Shown: in pieces, positions 19,035 through 28,297 of the stretch
Layout of the letters: every line of letters starts with the position of its first letter
Numbering within the stretch: position 1 is the first letter of the stretch
IMG/VR virus record: IMGVR_UViG_3300044835_000064
Location: 1,154-65,153 of that record
DNA: 64,000 nucleotides
Reading direction: 5' to 3' (one strand)
Source of the DNA: a virus
Taxonomy: Duplodnaviria > Caudoviricetes
Notes under the pieces: model-generated
Told to the model about the DNA's origin: nothing
The model's input: the letters and a program-made list of their open reading frames with translations, nothing else
Databases searched by the model: none
Program-made: the position numbers and the translations under genes

Positions 19035-19286
19035 ATGAAACATACCAAGAATTATCGCGGACTGGAAAACGGTGCCGGGAAAATTGTCTGCTCCTGTGGC
19101 TTTGAAACTCCGGCAGTGGACGAATCAACAGCTTTTACGCTGGGCATAAAACAGCGCTCAGTAGAAAGTTATTTCGAGGAGCATCTTGCTATGGTTGGAC
19201 ATCAAGTTGAGACGCAGATGATTGCACCGGGAGGAGAGACTGCTGTGCATCCCGCGCAGAAACCGCAGATCAAGAAACGGAAATAG
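19035..19286 (+). CDS. Small Zn-finger-like protein
   Basis: AAGGA RBS; CSCG...H. Confidence 0.55.
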   Translation: MKHTKNYRGLENGAGKIVCSCGFETPAVDESTAFTLGIKQRSVESYFEEHLAMVGHQVETQMIAPGGETAVHPAQKPQIKKRK

Positions 19287-19545
19287 AAAACTTTGGCGAT
19301 ACGCGACATTCTTACCAGAGATTTTATGGCCGAAGCACGGATTGATTTTTTGCAGACCTTTCTCGAATCAATTTATCTGAGGTCTGAACTAGCCGCAGAT
19401 GTGCGCAAGCTTTGCGGTTTGCGAACCTTGATTGAACTAGCCGCAAGAGAGCACGCGATTCCATGCCCATATTTTCCATTTCTGCCCAATAATCCGCGAC
19501 GTAAAACGAGTCAGCACACCAAACAACCTTCAGGAGAAAAACATC

Positions 19546-20355
19546 ATGATTGAACGAAGATTCGTAAAGGGCGCACAGGTACGCGCCATGCAAGGCGATA
19601 AGCCAGGAATTGAAGGCTACGGTGCGGTGTTTGGGGAAGAGTACGTTCTCTGGGATTCTCCCACGATGCGCATTGTTGAGACCATCAAGCCGGGAACCTT
19701 CAGTCGGTCCTTGCGAGAAAAGCAGGACGTTCGTTGCCTATTCAATCACTCTGCCGACAACGTTCTCGGACGCACGGCGAATGACACGATGCGCATGACG
19801 GAGGATTTGAAAGGTCTACGCTACGAAACCGATTTCGACATGCGGACCCGCATTGGCAATGATGTGCGTTGCTTCGTAGAACGCGGCGATGTCACCGGTT
19901 GCAGTTTTTCGTTCAACGTCACGAAGCAAGAGCGCACGGAAATCGAAGAGAACGATAAGCTCACCATCCGGCGAGAGATTCAAGATGTTGATATGTACGA
20001 CGTCGGGCCGGTTACATTCCCAGCCTACGAGGGAACAGGAGTCAAAGCTCGGTCAGTGGAATTGCGCTCCGTGTTTCCCGATGGCCTTTCGGCTTCGGAG
20101 CGGTCGCATGCTCCAGTCGAACTACGCGAACTGATCGATGCTGGACCGATAGCTGGAACACCATCCGACGATGGCGATGGTGACAATGAACCCGATAACG
20201 ACGATATGGAAACCTGCTCCTGCCGTTGCGAAGCCTGCTCAGGATGCACGGAGCGAAGCAAAACTCCAACTGCGGAACAACGCGAAGAGCCTGGCATTTC
20301 ACTCGAGCAAGCAAAGGCGCGGACCGAAACGCTCATAGCGCAACAGAGTCTGTGA
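19546..20355 (+). CDS. HK97-family prohead protease
   Basis: IEGYGAVF, E.I.PG.F, LFNH....LGRT, SFSF, DVGPVTFPAY. Confidence 0.95.
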   Translation: MIERRFVKGAQVRAMQGDKPGIEGYGAVFGEEYVLWDSPTMRIVETIKPGTFSRSLREKQDVRCLFNHSADNVLGRTANDTMRMTEDLKGLRYETDFDMRTRIGNDVRCFVERGDVTGCSFSFNVTKQERTEIEENDKLTIRREIQDVDMYDVGPVTFPAYEGTGVKARSVELRSVFPDGLSASERSHAPVELRELIDAGPIAGTPSDDGDGDNEPDNDDMETCSCRCEACSGCTERSKTPTAEQREEPGISLEQAKARTETLIAQQSL

Positions 20356-20654
20356 ATCCCGCGATGTTGGTAAAGCCGAGAATATGCATCGACTTCGATG
20401 GCACCATTTACACGGGTAACGCCTCAAATCCCATCTTCCCCGGCTGCATCGTGGGATTGACGGAGCTTCGCAAAACGTACAGCGTGGCCATTTTCTCCGC
20501 ACGTCCGACCGACGCAGAGCGTGTGCAGATGGTGAGGATTCTTGACGAGCAGGGCGTTCCCTATGACGAAATTATGCCCATAAAACCAGATGCCAGTTTC
20601 TATCTCGATGACAAGGGGCGAAGGTTTGAAGGCTGGGATAAGGTAGTGCTGTGA
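20352..20654 (+). CDS. Small HAD-superfamily phosphatase
   Basis: IDFDGTI, FSAR, KP.A..YLDDK motifs; GTGA overlap. Confidence 0.85.
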   Translation: MNPAMLVKPRICIDFDGTIYTGNASNPIFPGCIVGLTELRKTYSVAIFSARPTDAERVQMVRILDEQGVPYDEIMPIKPDASFYLDDKGRRFEGWDKVVL

Positions 20655-20845
20655 AATTAGAAGTTGTGAATCAGATCGCGAAGCACCTCAAGCGCTTTTT
20701 CGGAATCCTCTACCGACAGATGATCCCACGCTTCATCCTCAACCAAATTGGCGATTGTCTCGGCAGCCTTTTCCAGTTGTTCGCTTTGCTCGGGGCTTTC
20801 CGGTTCGTAAAGACGACGCATCATGGTGCGGCAATCCTAGCATGA
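20651..20845 (+). CDS. Hypothetical protein
   Basis: Coupled at both ends (GTGA, ATGA). Confidence 0.45.
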   Translation: MKLEVVNQIAKHLKRFFGILYRQMIPRFILNQIGDCLGSLFQLFALLGAFRFVKTTHHGAAILA

Positions 20846-21621
20846 AACTTCTAATCGTACTTCCGGTTAAATCCGGACAAGGCGGTGCGCACTATCCCAT
20901 ACGTTGGGAGATGTGTCAGTCCACATGGCTGAAGGACTCGCCCGTCGACTTCCACGGCTTCACGGACGCAGACTTAGGACTCACGGAGATCGACCAGCAC
21001 CAGAATGCCATTGATCCCATCCGCACGCTTCGAACTCAGTTGATGGTCCGCTGGGCGCTCGAGCGTGGCTACGACTACCTCTTTCGCACGGATACCGATA
21101 CCTACGTCTGGGTGAATCGATTGCTGGCTTGTGGATTTGAGAAGCACGATTACATGGGATGGTGTGTAGGCTTCCCGCGACACTTGGAGCAGGACTGGGC
21201 CATGAATACAGCGCACGGTGGCGTCGGATTCTTCTTGAGCCGAAAAGCCATGGAGATTGTGGCAAACGCGCCCGTCGAGAAATATGTGGATGGCAAGTAC
21301 TGGGGCGACCTCTGGGCCGGTCATCAGCTCTGGAAGCAGGGCATCTATTGCCATCAAGATACGCGCTTTCTCGATGGTTCGAGCGGCAATCACGCCGAGC
21401 ACAATGGCAACATCAGCGCCGACGAGTTACCGCTGGATCATCCCTATGTTGCGATTCATCCCGTGCCCTTCGCCAACATGCAGGCAATTCACGACAAGTT
21501 CAAGAATATCGGCGCAGAGACTTCGGTGCCTGCAAAACAACTGTGGGGAAAGCAAACCTACTACGCTTACGGAACGAAACGTCCGAATGTTTGTCAGTGC
21601 GCTTACTGTCACTCTTCATGA
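20842..21621 (+). CDS. GT-A glycosyltransferase, GT31/Fringe-like
   Basis: YDYLFRTDTDTYV, DYMG, GGVGFFLSRKAM, W.DLW.G. Confidence 0.8.
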   Translation: MKLLIVLPVKSGQGGAHYPIRWEMCQSTWLKDSPVDFHGFTDADLGLTEIDQHQNAIDPIRTLRTQLMVRWALERGYDYLFRTDTDTYVWVNRLLACGFEKHDYMGWCVGFPRHLEQDWAMNTAHGGVGFFLSRKAMEIVANAPVEKYVDGKYWGDLWAGHQLWKQGIYCHQDTRFLDGSSGNHAEHNGNISADELPLDHPYVAIHPVPFANMQAIHDKFKNIGAETSVPAKQLWGKQTYYAYGTKRPNVCQCAYCHSS

Positions 21622-22307
21622 GAACCGTTAACATCCACGGCTTCAGCTTCTCAGTTGAGTCTGAGCCGAAAGACTACTGGGACTGGATCGAGCAAGGTAC
21701 CTACCACGCTGACTTTGAAACCATCACGCGATTCGCTGGGCCGGAAGTTACCTGCATCGATGCCGGCGCCTGGATTGGAGCGGACACGCTCTATGCCTCG
21801 AAGATGTTCAAGCACGTTCACGCCATCGAGCCTGACCCAGTAGCGTTCCAAATTCTAAGCAAGAATCTGGCTGCCAACCAACTCAGCAACGTGACGCTCT
21901 ATGAGCACGCTTTAATGGGACATTCCGGCACGACCACAATGGGCGGAAGTATTTTAGGCTGCTCCTGCACACGCGAGACCTGCAAAGACAACTCGGTGAC
22001 GGTACCTTGCCTGACTTTGCGCGAATTCTGCAAAGACATTCCTGATCCTCTGTTTATCAAGATGGATACGGAAGGCGCCGAAGCGCAGATTCTCAAAGAC
22101 TGGCAATTCTTCTCCGAGCGCAAACCGGACTTGATGCTGAGCACACATCTTCTGTGGTGGAAGGAAGCAGGCTCGGACGGGCGTGCGGAATACGAACCTA
22201 TCACTAAAGTAGGGAAACTCTATCGCAGCGCAGTCCACAATGGAAGCAGAACTCCAGTAGATTTCAATACAGAGTATGGAGACGTCGTTTTTACAGACAA
22301 GGAGTAA
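21618..22307 (+). CDS. FkbM-family methyltransferase
   Basis: IDAGAWIG, AIEPDP, FIKMDTEGAE. Confidence 0.9.
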   Translation: MRTVNIHGFSFSVESEPKDYWDWIEQGTYHADFETITRFAGPEVTCIDAGAWIGADTLYASKMFKHVHAIEPDPVAFQILSKNLAANQLSNVTLYEHALMGHSGTTTMGGSILGCSCTRETCKDNSVTVPCLTLREFCKDIPDPLFIKMDTEGAEAQILKDWQFFSERKPDLMLSTHLLWWKEAGSDGRAEYEPITKVGKLYRSAVHNGSRTPVDFNTEYGDVVFTDKE

Positions 22308-22311
22308 TTTT

Positions 22312-22539
22312 ATGCGAATAATCTTTAACGTTCCGAAGGGAATGTCGCAACAAGCGGCCAGAGCCCTTGCTGTGCTCGACGGTTCTGGGATCATTGAGCA
22401 AATCGGTTTCGAACCTTGGGACGAGAGCTCGACCATCCACCAGCTTTTGAATGCGGGATTTCCTGCGGAGAAAACGGCTGAGATTCGACTCACGAATCGT
22501 GACAAGCACCACTTGGAGCCAGTAGGAAAATCGGCCTAA
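22312..22539 (+). CDS. Hypothetical protein
   Basis: AAGGAG RBS before ATG 22312. Confidence 0.55.
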   Translation: MRIIFNVPKGMSQQAARALAVLDGSGIIEQIGFEPWDESSTIHQLLNAGFPAEKTAEIRLTNRDKHHLEPVGKSA

Positions 22540-22545
22540 GTATCC

Positions 22546-24747
22546 ATGCCTCCCGAAATCACTTTAGCGGTCACGAGTTGTCAAAGGCATGACCTCTTAG
22601 AGAGAACCTTGCGCAGCTTTGACCGCTACTGCTCGCACATCAAAGAGACCATCATCGTCGAAGATAGCGACCTTCCAGCGCCGGAATGGCTGGCAGAACT
22701 CGCGAATATCGGGCCGAAGACTTGGATCTCGAACGGCGTTCGGAAAGCACAAGTCTATTCCTGCGATCGTCTGATGGCGGAAGTCAAAACGCCTTATGTT
22801 TTCTGGTGCGAGGATGACTGGGAATTCTCCCGGCCGGGATTTATCGAAGAGAGTTTAGAGATTTTAGAGAAGTTTCCCAATGTTCTGCAAGTCTGGTTGC
22901 GCGACGATTCCACGCATCCCGTCGTGAACGATGAGCGCTTTCCCTTTCCAATCATGCAACCGGAGTGGAATGCGGGATGGAGCGGATTTGCCTTCAACCC
23001 CGGGCTGCGCAGACTGAGTGACTACCAGAAGATTGGAAGTTACGGACGTCACGTCGGCTATGACACGCACTTTGTAGGAGAACTGGCGCTTTCTAAACTC
23101 TATTACGGACTCGGATATTTCGCTGCGAAGATTCCGTTAGCCGTGAAGCACATAGGCGATAACGGTCGGCACGTTCCTTGGGCTACCGCCTCGAAACCTC
23201 CGAAAGTCCTGATCGCGATTCCAGCCTGCCACAAATACGACTATACGAATGATCCGGCAAAACTCACGCGCGACACTTCTGGACGAATTGAAGCCCAGCG
23301 CGATACCTGGCTGAAAGATATCAAGGCATTTTCGAGCTACGTCGACTATCGAATCTTCTACGGGCGCGGTGCAGGACGGGCGTCCGAATCGGATGAAATC
23401 TTTCTCGACGTGGACGATGACTATATGCATCTGCCACAAAAGATGCGTGGCATCTATCAATGGGCTCTGGAGCATGGCTACGACTACATTTTCAAGTGCG
23501 ATGACGACACGTTCGTCTATGTCGATCGCTTGATGGCGAGTGGATTTGAACAGTGGGACTACACCGGATTCTGCTTCCACCGGACAGGAAACTACGTCTC
23601 GGGCGGTCCGGGCTACTGGTTGAGCAAGAAGGCCATGCAAATCATCGTCAACGCTTCCCCGGAACACTGGGCAGAAGACTTATGCACGGGCCGTGAACTC
23701 ATGCGTAATGGGATCAAGCCTCACCGGGATGCGCGCTATCTTCCTGGATTCGCGAAGCACTTTGTCGACCTCGATGCCCTTCCGGCGGATCACAGCTACA
23801 TCTCATTTCATGCCTGCACGCCAACCATGATGCAGCGACTCTACGACGCGAATCCGACCCCAACCTTCCGCTTCGTCGATCAGGCCATGGGCGAACCAGT
23901 TCACCCGAAGCATCCGGAAACCATGCCGAAAACGGTTCCGACTTCACGCGAAAGCTATCAGCACATCGCCGCGCTTGGATTCTCGAATTCTTATGCCTTC
24001 CCGCGCGTTTTGATTGGCATCCTTTCCTGCCATCAGAGAACTCCGGGACCGCAGGCGCAGCGCAGAACGTGGTTGAAGGATGCCGTTCGGCTGGCGATTG
24101 AGTACCGCTTCTTTCTCGGCGCGCCGCAGCAACCAATACCTTTCGATCCGCGGCGGCCGGAATCGGCCAGAATCGAAAGCGAACGGATTATTCGGCCATT
24201 ACCCGATCAAGTCTTTCTTGACGTTCCCGACACCTACGCGCAACTTCCGCAGAAAACGCGGGCGATGATCCGCTGGGCCTACGACAAGGGCTATGACTTC
24301 CTTTTCAAATGTGATGACGATACCTTCGTGCATGCGGAACGACTACTGCAATCCGATTTCTCGAAGCATGATTACTCCGGCTTCGCGCGCACGACGAGCG
24401 TTTTCGGTGCCGGGAAAGAAGTGACCCATGCGCAAGGTGGCGCCGGTTACTGGCTGAGCCGGAAAGCCATGGCCTTAATCCTGAAATATGACTTCACCAT
24501 GGAAGGCGCGGAGGATATCAACGTTGCCAGAGTGCTCTTCACGCTCGGCATCCCGCCCGTCCATGATCCCCGCTATCAACCATCCATGGCGACCATACCC
24601 ATGCCGCTAAACAACCAGATCACGGCGCACGATTGCAGCGTCGAAGACTTCTACGAGATTCACCAGCGATTTCAGTTTGACCCGTCCGCATCGCGCCCTC
24701 ACGGGCTGAGCCAGGAGCTAAGCGAGCGTGGAATGGAGCGCGTATAA
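22546..24747 (+). CDS. Three-domain glycosyltransferase (GT2-like plus two GT31-like)
   Basis: VTSCQR...FWCEDDW; YDYIFKCDDDTFV..GGPGYWLS..ED; YDFLFKCDDDTFV..GGAGYWLS..ED. Confidence 0.88.
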   Translation: MPPEITLAVTSCQRHDLLERTLRSFDRYCSHIKETIIVEDSDLPAPEWLAELANIGPKTWISNGVRKAQVYSCDRLMAEVKTPYVFWCEDDWEFSRPGFIEESLEILEKFPNVLQVWLRDDSTHPVVNDERFPFPIMQPEWNAGWSGFAFNPGLRRLSDYQKIGSYGRHVGYDTHFVGELALSKLYYGLGYFAAKIPLAVKHIGDNGRHVPWATASKPPKVLIAIPACHKYDYTNDPAKLTRDTSGRIEAQRDTWLKDIKAFSSYVDYRIFYGRGAGRASESDEIFLDVDDDYMHLPQKMRGIYQWALEHGYDYIFKCDDDTFVYVDRLMASGFEQWDYTGFCFHRTGNYVSGGPGYWLSKKAMQIIVNASPEHWAEDLCTGRELMRNGIKPHRDARYLPGFAKHFVDLDALPADHSYISFHACTPTMMQRLYDANPTPTFRFVDQAMGEPVHPKHPETMPKTVPTSRESYQHIAALGFSNSYAFPRVLIGILSCHQRTPGPQAQRRTWLKDAVRLAIEYRFFLGAPQQPIPFDPRRPESARIESERIIRPLPDQVFLDVPDTYAQLPQKTRAMIRWAYDKGYDFLFKCDDDTFVHAERLLQSDFSKHDYSGFARTTSVFGAGKEVTHAQGGAGYWLSRKAMALILKYDFTMEGAEDINVARVLFTLGIPPVHDPRYQPSMATIPMPLNNQITAHDCSVEDFYEIHQRFQFDPSASRPHGLSQELSERGMERV

Positions 24748-24821
24748 GTCCGCAAGCCGCGGATGTCAGGCGCGCGCAGTAACCAACCCAAAAAATCCCA
24801 CACATTCACAAGGAAAAATAT

Positions 24822-26207
24822 ATGAGTGCAACTACAGTTGTCATTACTGACGCTGCGAAGCAGAATGCGCGCGCCAGAGTCGTTCTTGTAGCCCGTGATC
24901 TAAAGGTGCAGGAGATGCTTGACCTCACCAAGGATAACGGCTCATGGAACAGCCAAGTTAACGGCGAGGAAGCCAGCAAGCGCTGGAATACACTGAGCAC
25001 CGAAGTTGACCAGATGGCGGAACAAGCGAATGCCATCGGAATCAGCGACGCGCTCGGCGAAGCGCAGCGCTCGTCAACCGCGCCTCCACAGCCACAGCCC
25101 GGCACAGAAACGCTCGGCAACCGTCATACAGCAACCACGCCCGAAGACAGGGCAAAGAGCGTTCGCGAGAAGCTGGACAGCCCTGAATATCGCAGTGCAT
25201 TCGTGGAATTCTGCCGGCGCGGCGAAAGCAAGATGTCCCGCTCCAATCAGGACATCCTCGAAGGTATCAACCAGGAAGCCCGCACCTATTCAGGGCTACA
25301 GACTCCTACCTCCGGCGACGGCGGCGGATACACGGTTCCCATTGGATTTCAGAAAGAACTCGAAATCAAGATGAAATCCTACGGACGGATGCTGGAAAAC
25401 TGCCGCATCCTGAATACCTCCACCGGCAACACGTTGGATTGGCCGACCATGGATGACACCAACAACAGCGGCGAATTCCTTGCGGAAGCCGCTCCGGTGA
25501 ACCAACTCAACCCAACCTTTGGGCAGATCCAATTCGGCGCAAATCTCGCATCCTCGAAGCAGGTACTGATCAGCGTACAACTGCTGCAGGATTCGGCGTT
25601 TGATCTGGAAGGACAACTCACCGATGCGTTTGGCGTCCGTCTTGGCCGCATTCTGAACAACAAATACACGCTGGGCAACGGCGCAGGCGTTCCTAAGGGA
25701 CTCGTCTATGCCATCCAGAACGACGCAGTTCCAAACGTCGTGAATGCAGTCGGCTCTAACTCGAACGACGGCATCAGCGGCAACACGGAAGCAAACTCCA
25801 TCGGCTCCGACGATCTGGACAACCTGATCTCGGCAGTCGACCCGGCCTACAGAACGAACGCCAAATTCATGATGAACTGGAAGACGATCGACTTCCTGCG
25901 CAAAGTGAAAGACAAGTACGGTCGTCCGTTGTGGGTTGCATCCTTGGCAGTCGGCGAACCGGATCGCATTTTCGGCTACGCTTTTGACTGGAACGCAGAC
26001 ATGGACACCGTTGGCGCTGGAAAATACCCAGTACTCTTCGGCGACTTCTCGAAGTACGTTATTCGCAATGTCGGCGGGGTCACGGTCGTTCGTTATAACG
26101 AGCTTTACATGCCAAATCACCAAGTGGGCTTCCAAGCCTTCTTGCGAACCGATGGGCAGCGCCTCCAACAAGCGGCGTTTTCACTGCTTTACAACCCCCT
26201 GTCCTAA
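24822..26207 (+). CDS. Major capsid protein (HK97 fold)
   Basis: GGYTVP, S.QLLQDSAFDLE, KDKYGRPLW, FGDFS.Y, R.DG. Confidence 0.95.
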   Translation: MSATTVVITDAAKQNARARVVLVARDLKVQEMLDLTKDNGSWNSQVNGEEASKRWNTLSTEVDQMAEQANAIGISDALGEAQRSSTAPPQPQPGTETLGNRHTATTPEDRAKSVREKLDSPEYRSAFVEFCRRGESKMSRSNQDILEGINQEARTYSGLQTPTSGDGGGYTVPIGFQKELEIKMKSYGRMLENCRILNTSTGNTLDWPTMDDTNNSGEFLAEAAPVNQLNPTFGQIQFGANLASSKQVLISVQLLQDSAFDLEGQLTDAFGVRLGRILNNKYTLGNGAGVPKGLVYAIQNDAVPNVVNAVGSNSNDGISGNTEANSIGSDDLDNLISAVDPAYRTNAKFMMNWKTIDFLRKVKDKYGRPLWVASLAVGEPDRIFGYAFDWNADMDTVGAGKYPVLFGDFSKYVIRNVGGVTVVRYNELYMPNHQVGFQAFLRTDGQRLQQAAFSLLYNPLS

Positions 26208-26230
26208 TCAACAGAGGTAACACCCGAAGG

Positions 26231-26260
26231 TCGGGAGCAAACTGCTCCCGGCCTTTTTCA
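26231..26260 (+). terminator. Intrinsic terminator after capsid gene
   Basis: GGGAGCA-AAC-TGCTCCC stem then T-run. Confidence 0.7.
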
Positions 26261-26277
26261 TTGCCATCAATTTTCTT

Positions 26278-27480
26278 ATGTCATCCATCGTAGAAGTTTC
26301 GCAGTCCTTCACGGAACCGGTTGATCTGGCTACCGCCAAGCAATTCCTTCGCCTACCACTCGTAGACAGTCTAGGGAATGCCATTGTTGGACCAGATGAT
26401 TCCTTGATCTCAAATATCTTGATTCCTGGCGCGCGGAAGCAACTGGAAACAGCGCTCGGACTCACATTAGCAAATCGTCAATTTATCCAGTACGAAGACG
26501 GCTTTCCATCCTTTCCAAGCGGCCAGAATGCCTACGCTCCATTATGTGGCGCGGCGTTCCCGTTCTTCTTTGGCTACGGTCCGATTGCGAATTATCCCTT
26601 CGTTGGGGGAACGCAAAATTCTTCCGTCAGCCCGTTTGAGAAACGATTGCTAAGAAGTCCGGTCACGGCAGTGAGTCGCATGACTTACATCGGCGTTGAT
26701 GGGGAATCGCATGGTCTCTTGCCGGGAAGAGATTTCGTTGTCGACTTTGCGGCCTTGCCGGGACGGCTTTCGCCTTTGCCGGGAATGCGCTGGCCGATCA
26801 CGATGAGCGGGCCGAATACGATCGCGATTTACTTTACAGCAGGCTACTTGCCAACTGGATCAGCCAACGAAGACGTCTTGGATGGTGCTATCTGGCAAGC
26901 ATTGCAGCCGGTCGCGCAAAACAGCTATGTCATCGATCCAAACGAGAATATTCAGATTCAACTCGCGACGCAGGCAGTCACGGCGAAAACCGAACCGGTC
27001 TGGTCGAACACGATCGGGCAAACGGTTATCGACGGATCTGCACGATGGAAGAATTTCGGCCCTGTCACTCCATGGGCTGCGAACACAAATTACACCACGC
27101 CACAGATCGTGCAGGATCCGAACGGCAACTTGCAGGAGTTGATTGTCCCTAGCTTGACGAGCGGAGGCACGAATCCGACATGGGCTCTGAATCGGGGATC
27201 GACGACCACAGACAACTCGATCGCTGCGTGGGTAAATGTCGGCGCGGACGAATCGCAAGCGGCAGTCGACCCGGCAAAACAGATTACGGAGTACGAGGCT
27301 AATGTCTCCATCCCGCCGCATTTCTACATGGCACTCCTGCAAATGATTACGCACTGGTATCAAAACAGAGCCGTCATCGTCACGGTAGCTGGCGCGGGCG
27401 GGACGCACTTACCTTTGCCTTTGCACCTCGAAGAGATTATCGCGAGCGAACGCATCCTTGATTTCGGGCGAGGCCGATAG
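26278..27480 (+). CDS. Head-tail connector (gp6-like) with inserted repeat domains
   Basis: EPVDLATAKQFLR N-terminus; ALLQMITHWYQNR C-terminus. Confidence 0.85.
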   Translation: MSSIVEVSQSFTEPVDLATAKQFLRLPLVDSLGNAIVGPDDSLISNILIPGARKQLETALGLTLANRQFIQYEDGFPSFPSGQNAYAPLCGAAFPFFFGYGPIANYPFVGGTQNSSVSPFEKRLLRSPVTAVSRMTYIGVDGESHGLLPGRDFVVDFAALPGRLSPLPGMRWPITMSGPNTIAIYFTAGYLPTGSANEDVLDGAIWQALQPVAQNSYVIDPNENIQIQLATQAVTAKTEPVWSNTIGQTVIDGSARWKNFGPVTPWAANTNYTTPQIVQDPNGNLQELIVPSLTSGGTNPTWALNRGSTTTDNSIAAWVNVGADESQAAVDPAKQITEYEANVSIPPHFYMALLQMITHWYQNRAVIVTVAGAGGTHLPLPLHLEEIIASERILDFGRGR

Positions 27481-27481
27481 C

Positions 27482-28297
27482 TTGTCTTATATCGACCCTG
27501 GCTTGATGGATCGGCAAGTGGACATCTGGGATCGTCCACCGAATGCTCTTCCCGTGCTCTTTGCGGTGGGAGTCTTCGCGCAGATTACCGGAGTCTCGTC
27601 GAATACAGCGTCGGCAGTTTCCGCCTCGCTTGGGCAGAACATTGTCTGGCCGCGGACGCAGGGGAACGACGTTTCACTCGTTACACACAAAGTCATCATC
27701 CGCTACATGCCAGGATTAAAAAACCGCATGTATCTTGTCTACAACGATCCCGACAATGGTGTTCGGCGATTTGATATTGACCGCATTGTCGATACGAACG
27801 AAAAAAAGTTTGAGTTAGAAATCCTGGCGCTTGAACGTTGTGACGGCGCTGATCCCTTCGATGCACTCCTGACCTCGACTGCGGACATTATGACGCGCGC
27901 GACTTCTGCCGGAGATAAACGGGGCATCTCAGACCCAGCCTTTACGACGGTTGCGACCGGCATAGCCTGCCGAGTGGCGGCGAACAAGATTGCGGCCAAG
28001 GGTAAAGAAGATCGGGCAAAAAGTAAATTGGCTATCGCCTATCGCGAAGTGTTTCTACGCCCATGGTTTCTTGACCCATCTCCCGATGGTTCCTATGTCC
28101 CGTACACCGTGGTTGGAGGGATCACTTACAACACGCAACCCTTGACGCACAATCACTGGCTGCTGATTCCTTCCTCCACGGCAGTGAACTCAAATGGAGA
28201 CGCGATTCCGGGCGAGCAGTATGACATCACAGAAATTGATAATCCGGGACTGATGCACCATCACTTGGAAGTGGCGTGTGAACTGGTGCTGCCATAA
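27482..28297 (+). CDS. Head-closure / head-tail adaptor, apparently two domains
   Basis: IDPG.MDRQV.I, THKVIIRY.PG, FDI..IV; position. Confidence 0.75.
   Translation: MSYIDPGLMDRQVDIWDRPPNALPVLFAVGVFAQITGVSSNTASAVSASLGQNIVWPRTQGNDVSLVTHKVIIRYMPGLKNRMYLVYNDPDNGVRRFDIDRIVDTNEKKFELEILALERCDGADPFDALLTSTADIMTRATSAGDKRGISDPAFTTVATGIACRVAANKIAAKGKEDRAKSKLAIAYREVFLRPWFLDPSPDGSYVPYTVVGGITYNTQPLTHNHWLLIPSSTAVNSNGDAIPGEQYDITEIDNPGLMHHHLEVACELVLP

Noticed and set aside
19293-19553. ORF and 13-bp direct repeat TGAACTAGCCGCA (19385, 19433) before the protease gene
   Set aside because: Weak TTG start and only two repeat copies; function cannot be supported
21159-21617. Long N-terminal extension of the FkbM ORF
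   Set aside because: Overlaps the GT gene; ATGA-coupled start at 21618 fits better
20352-24747. Classical Gtr serotype-conversion cassette
   Set aside because: No flippase or polytopic membrane transferase; genes are embedded in the late head operon
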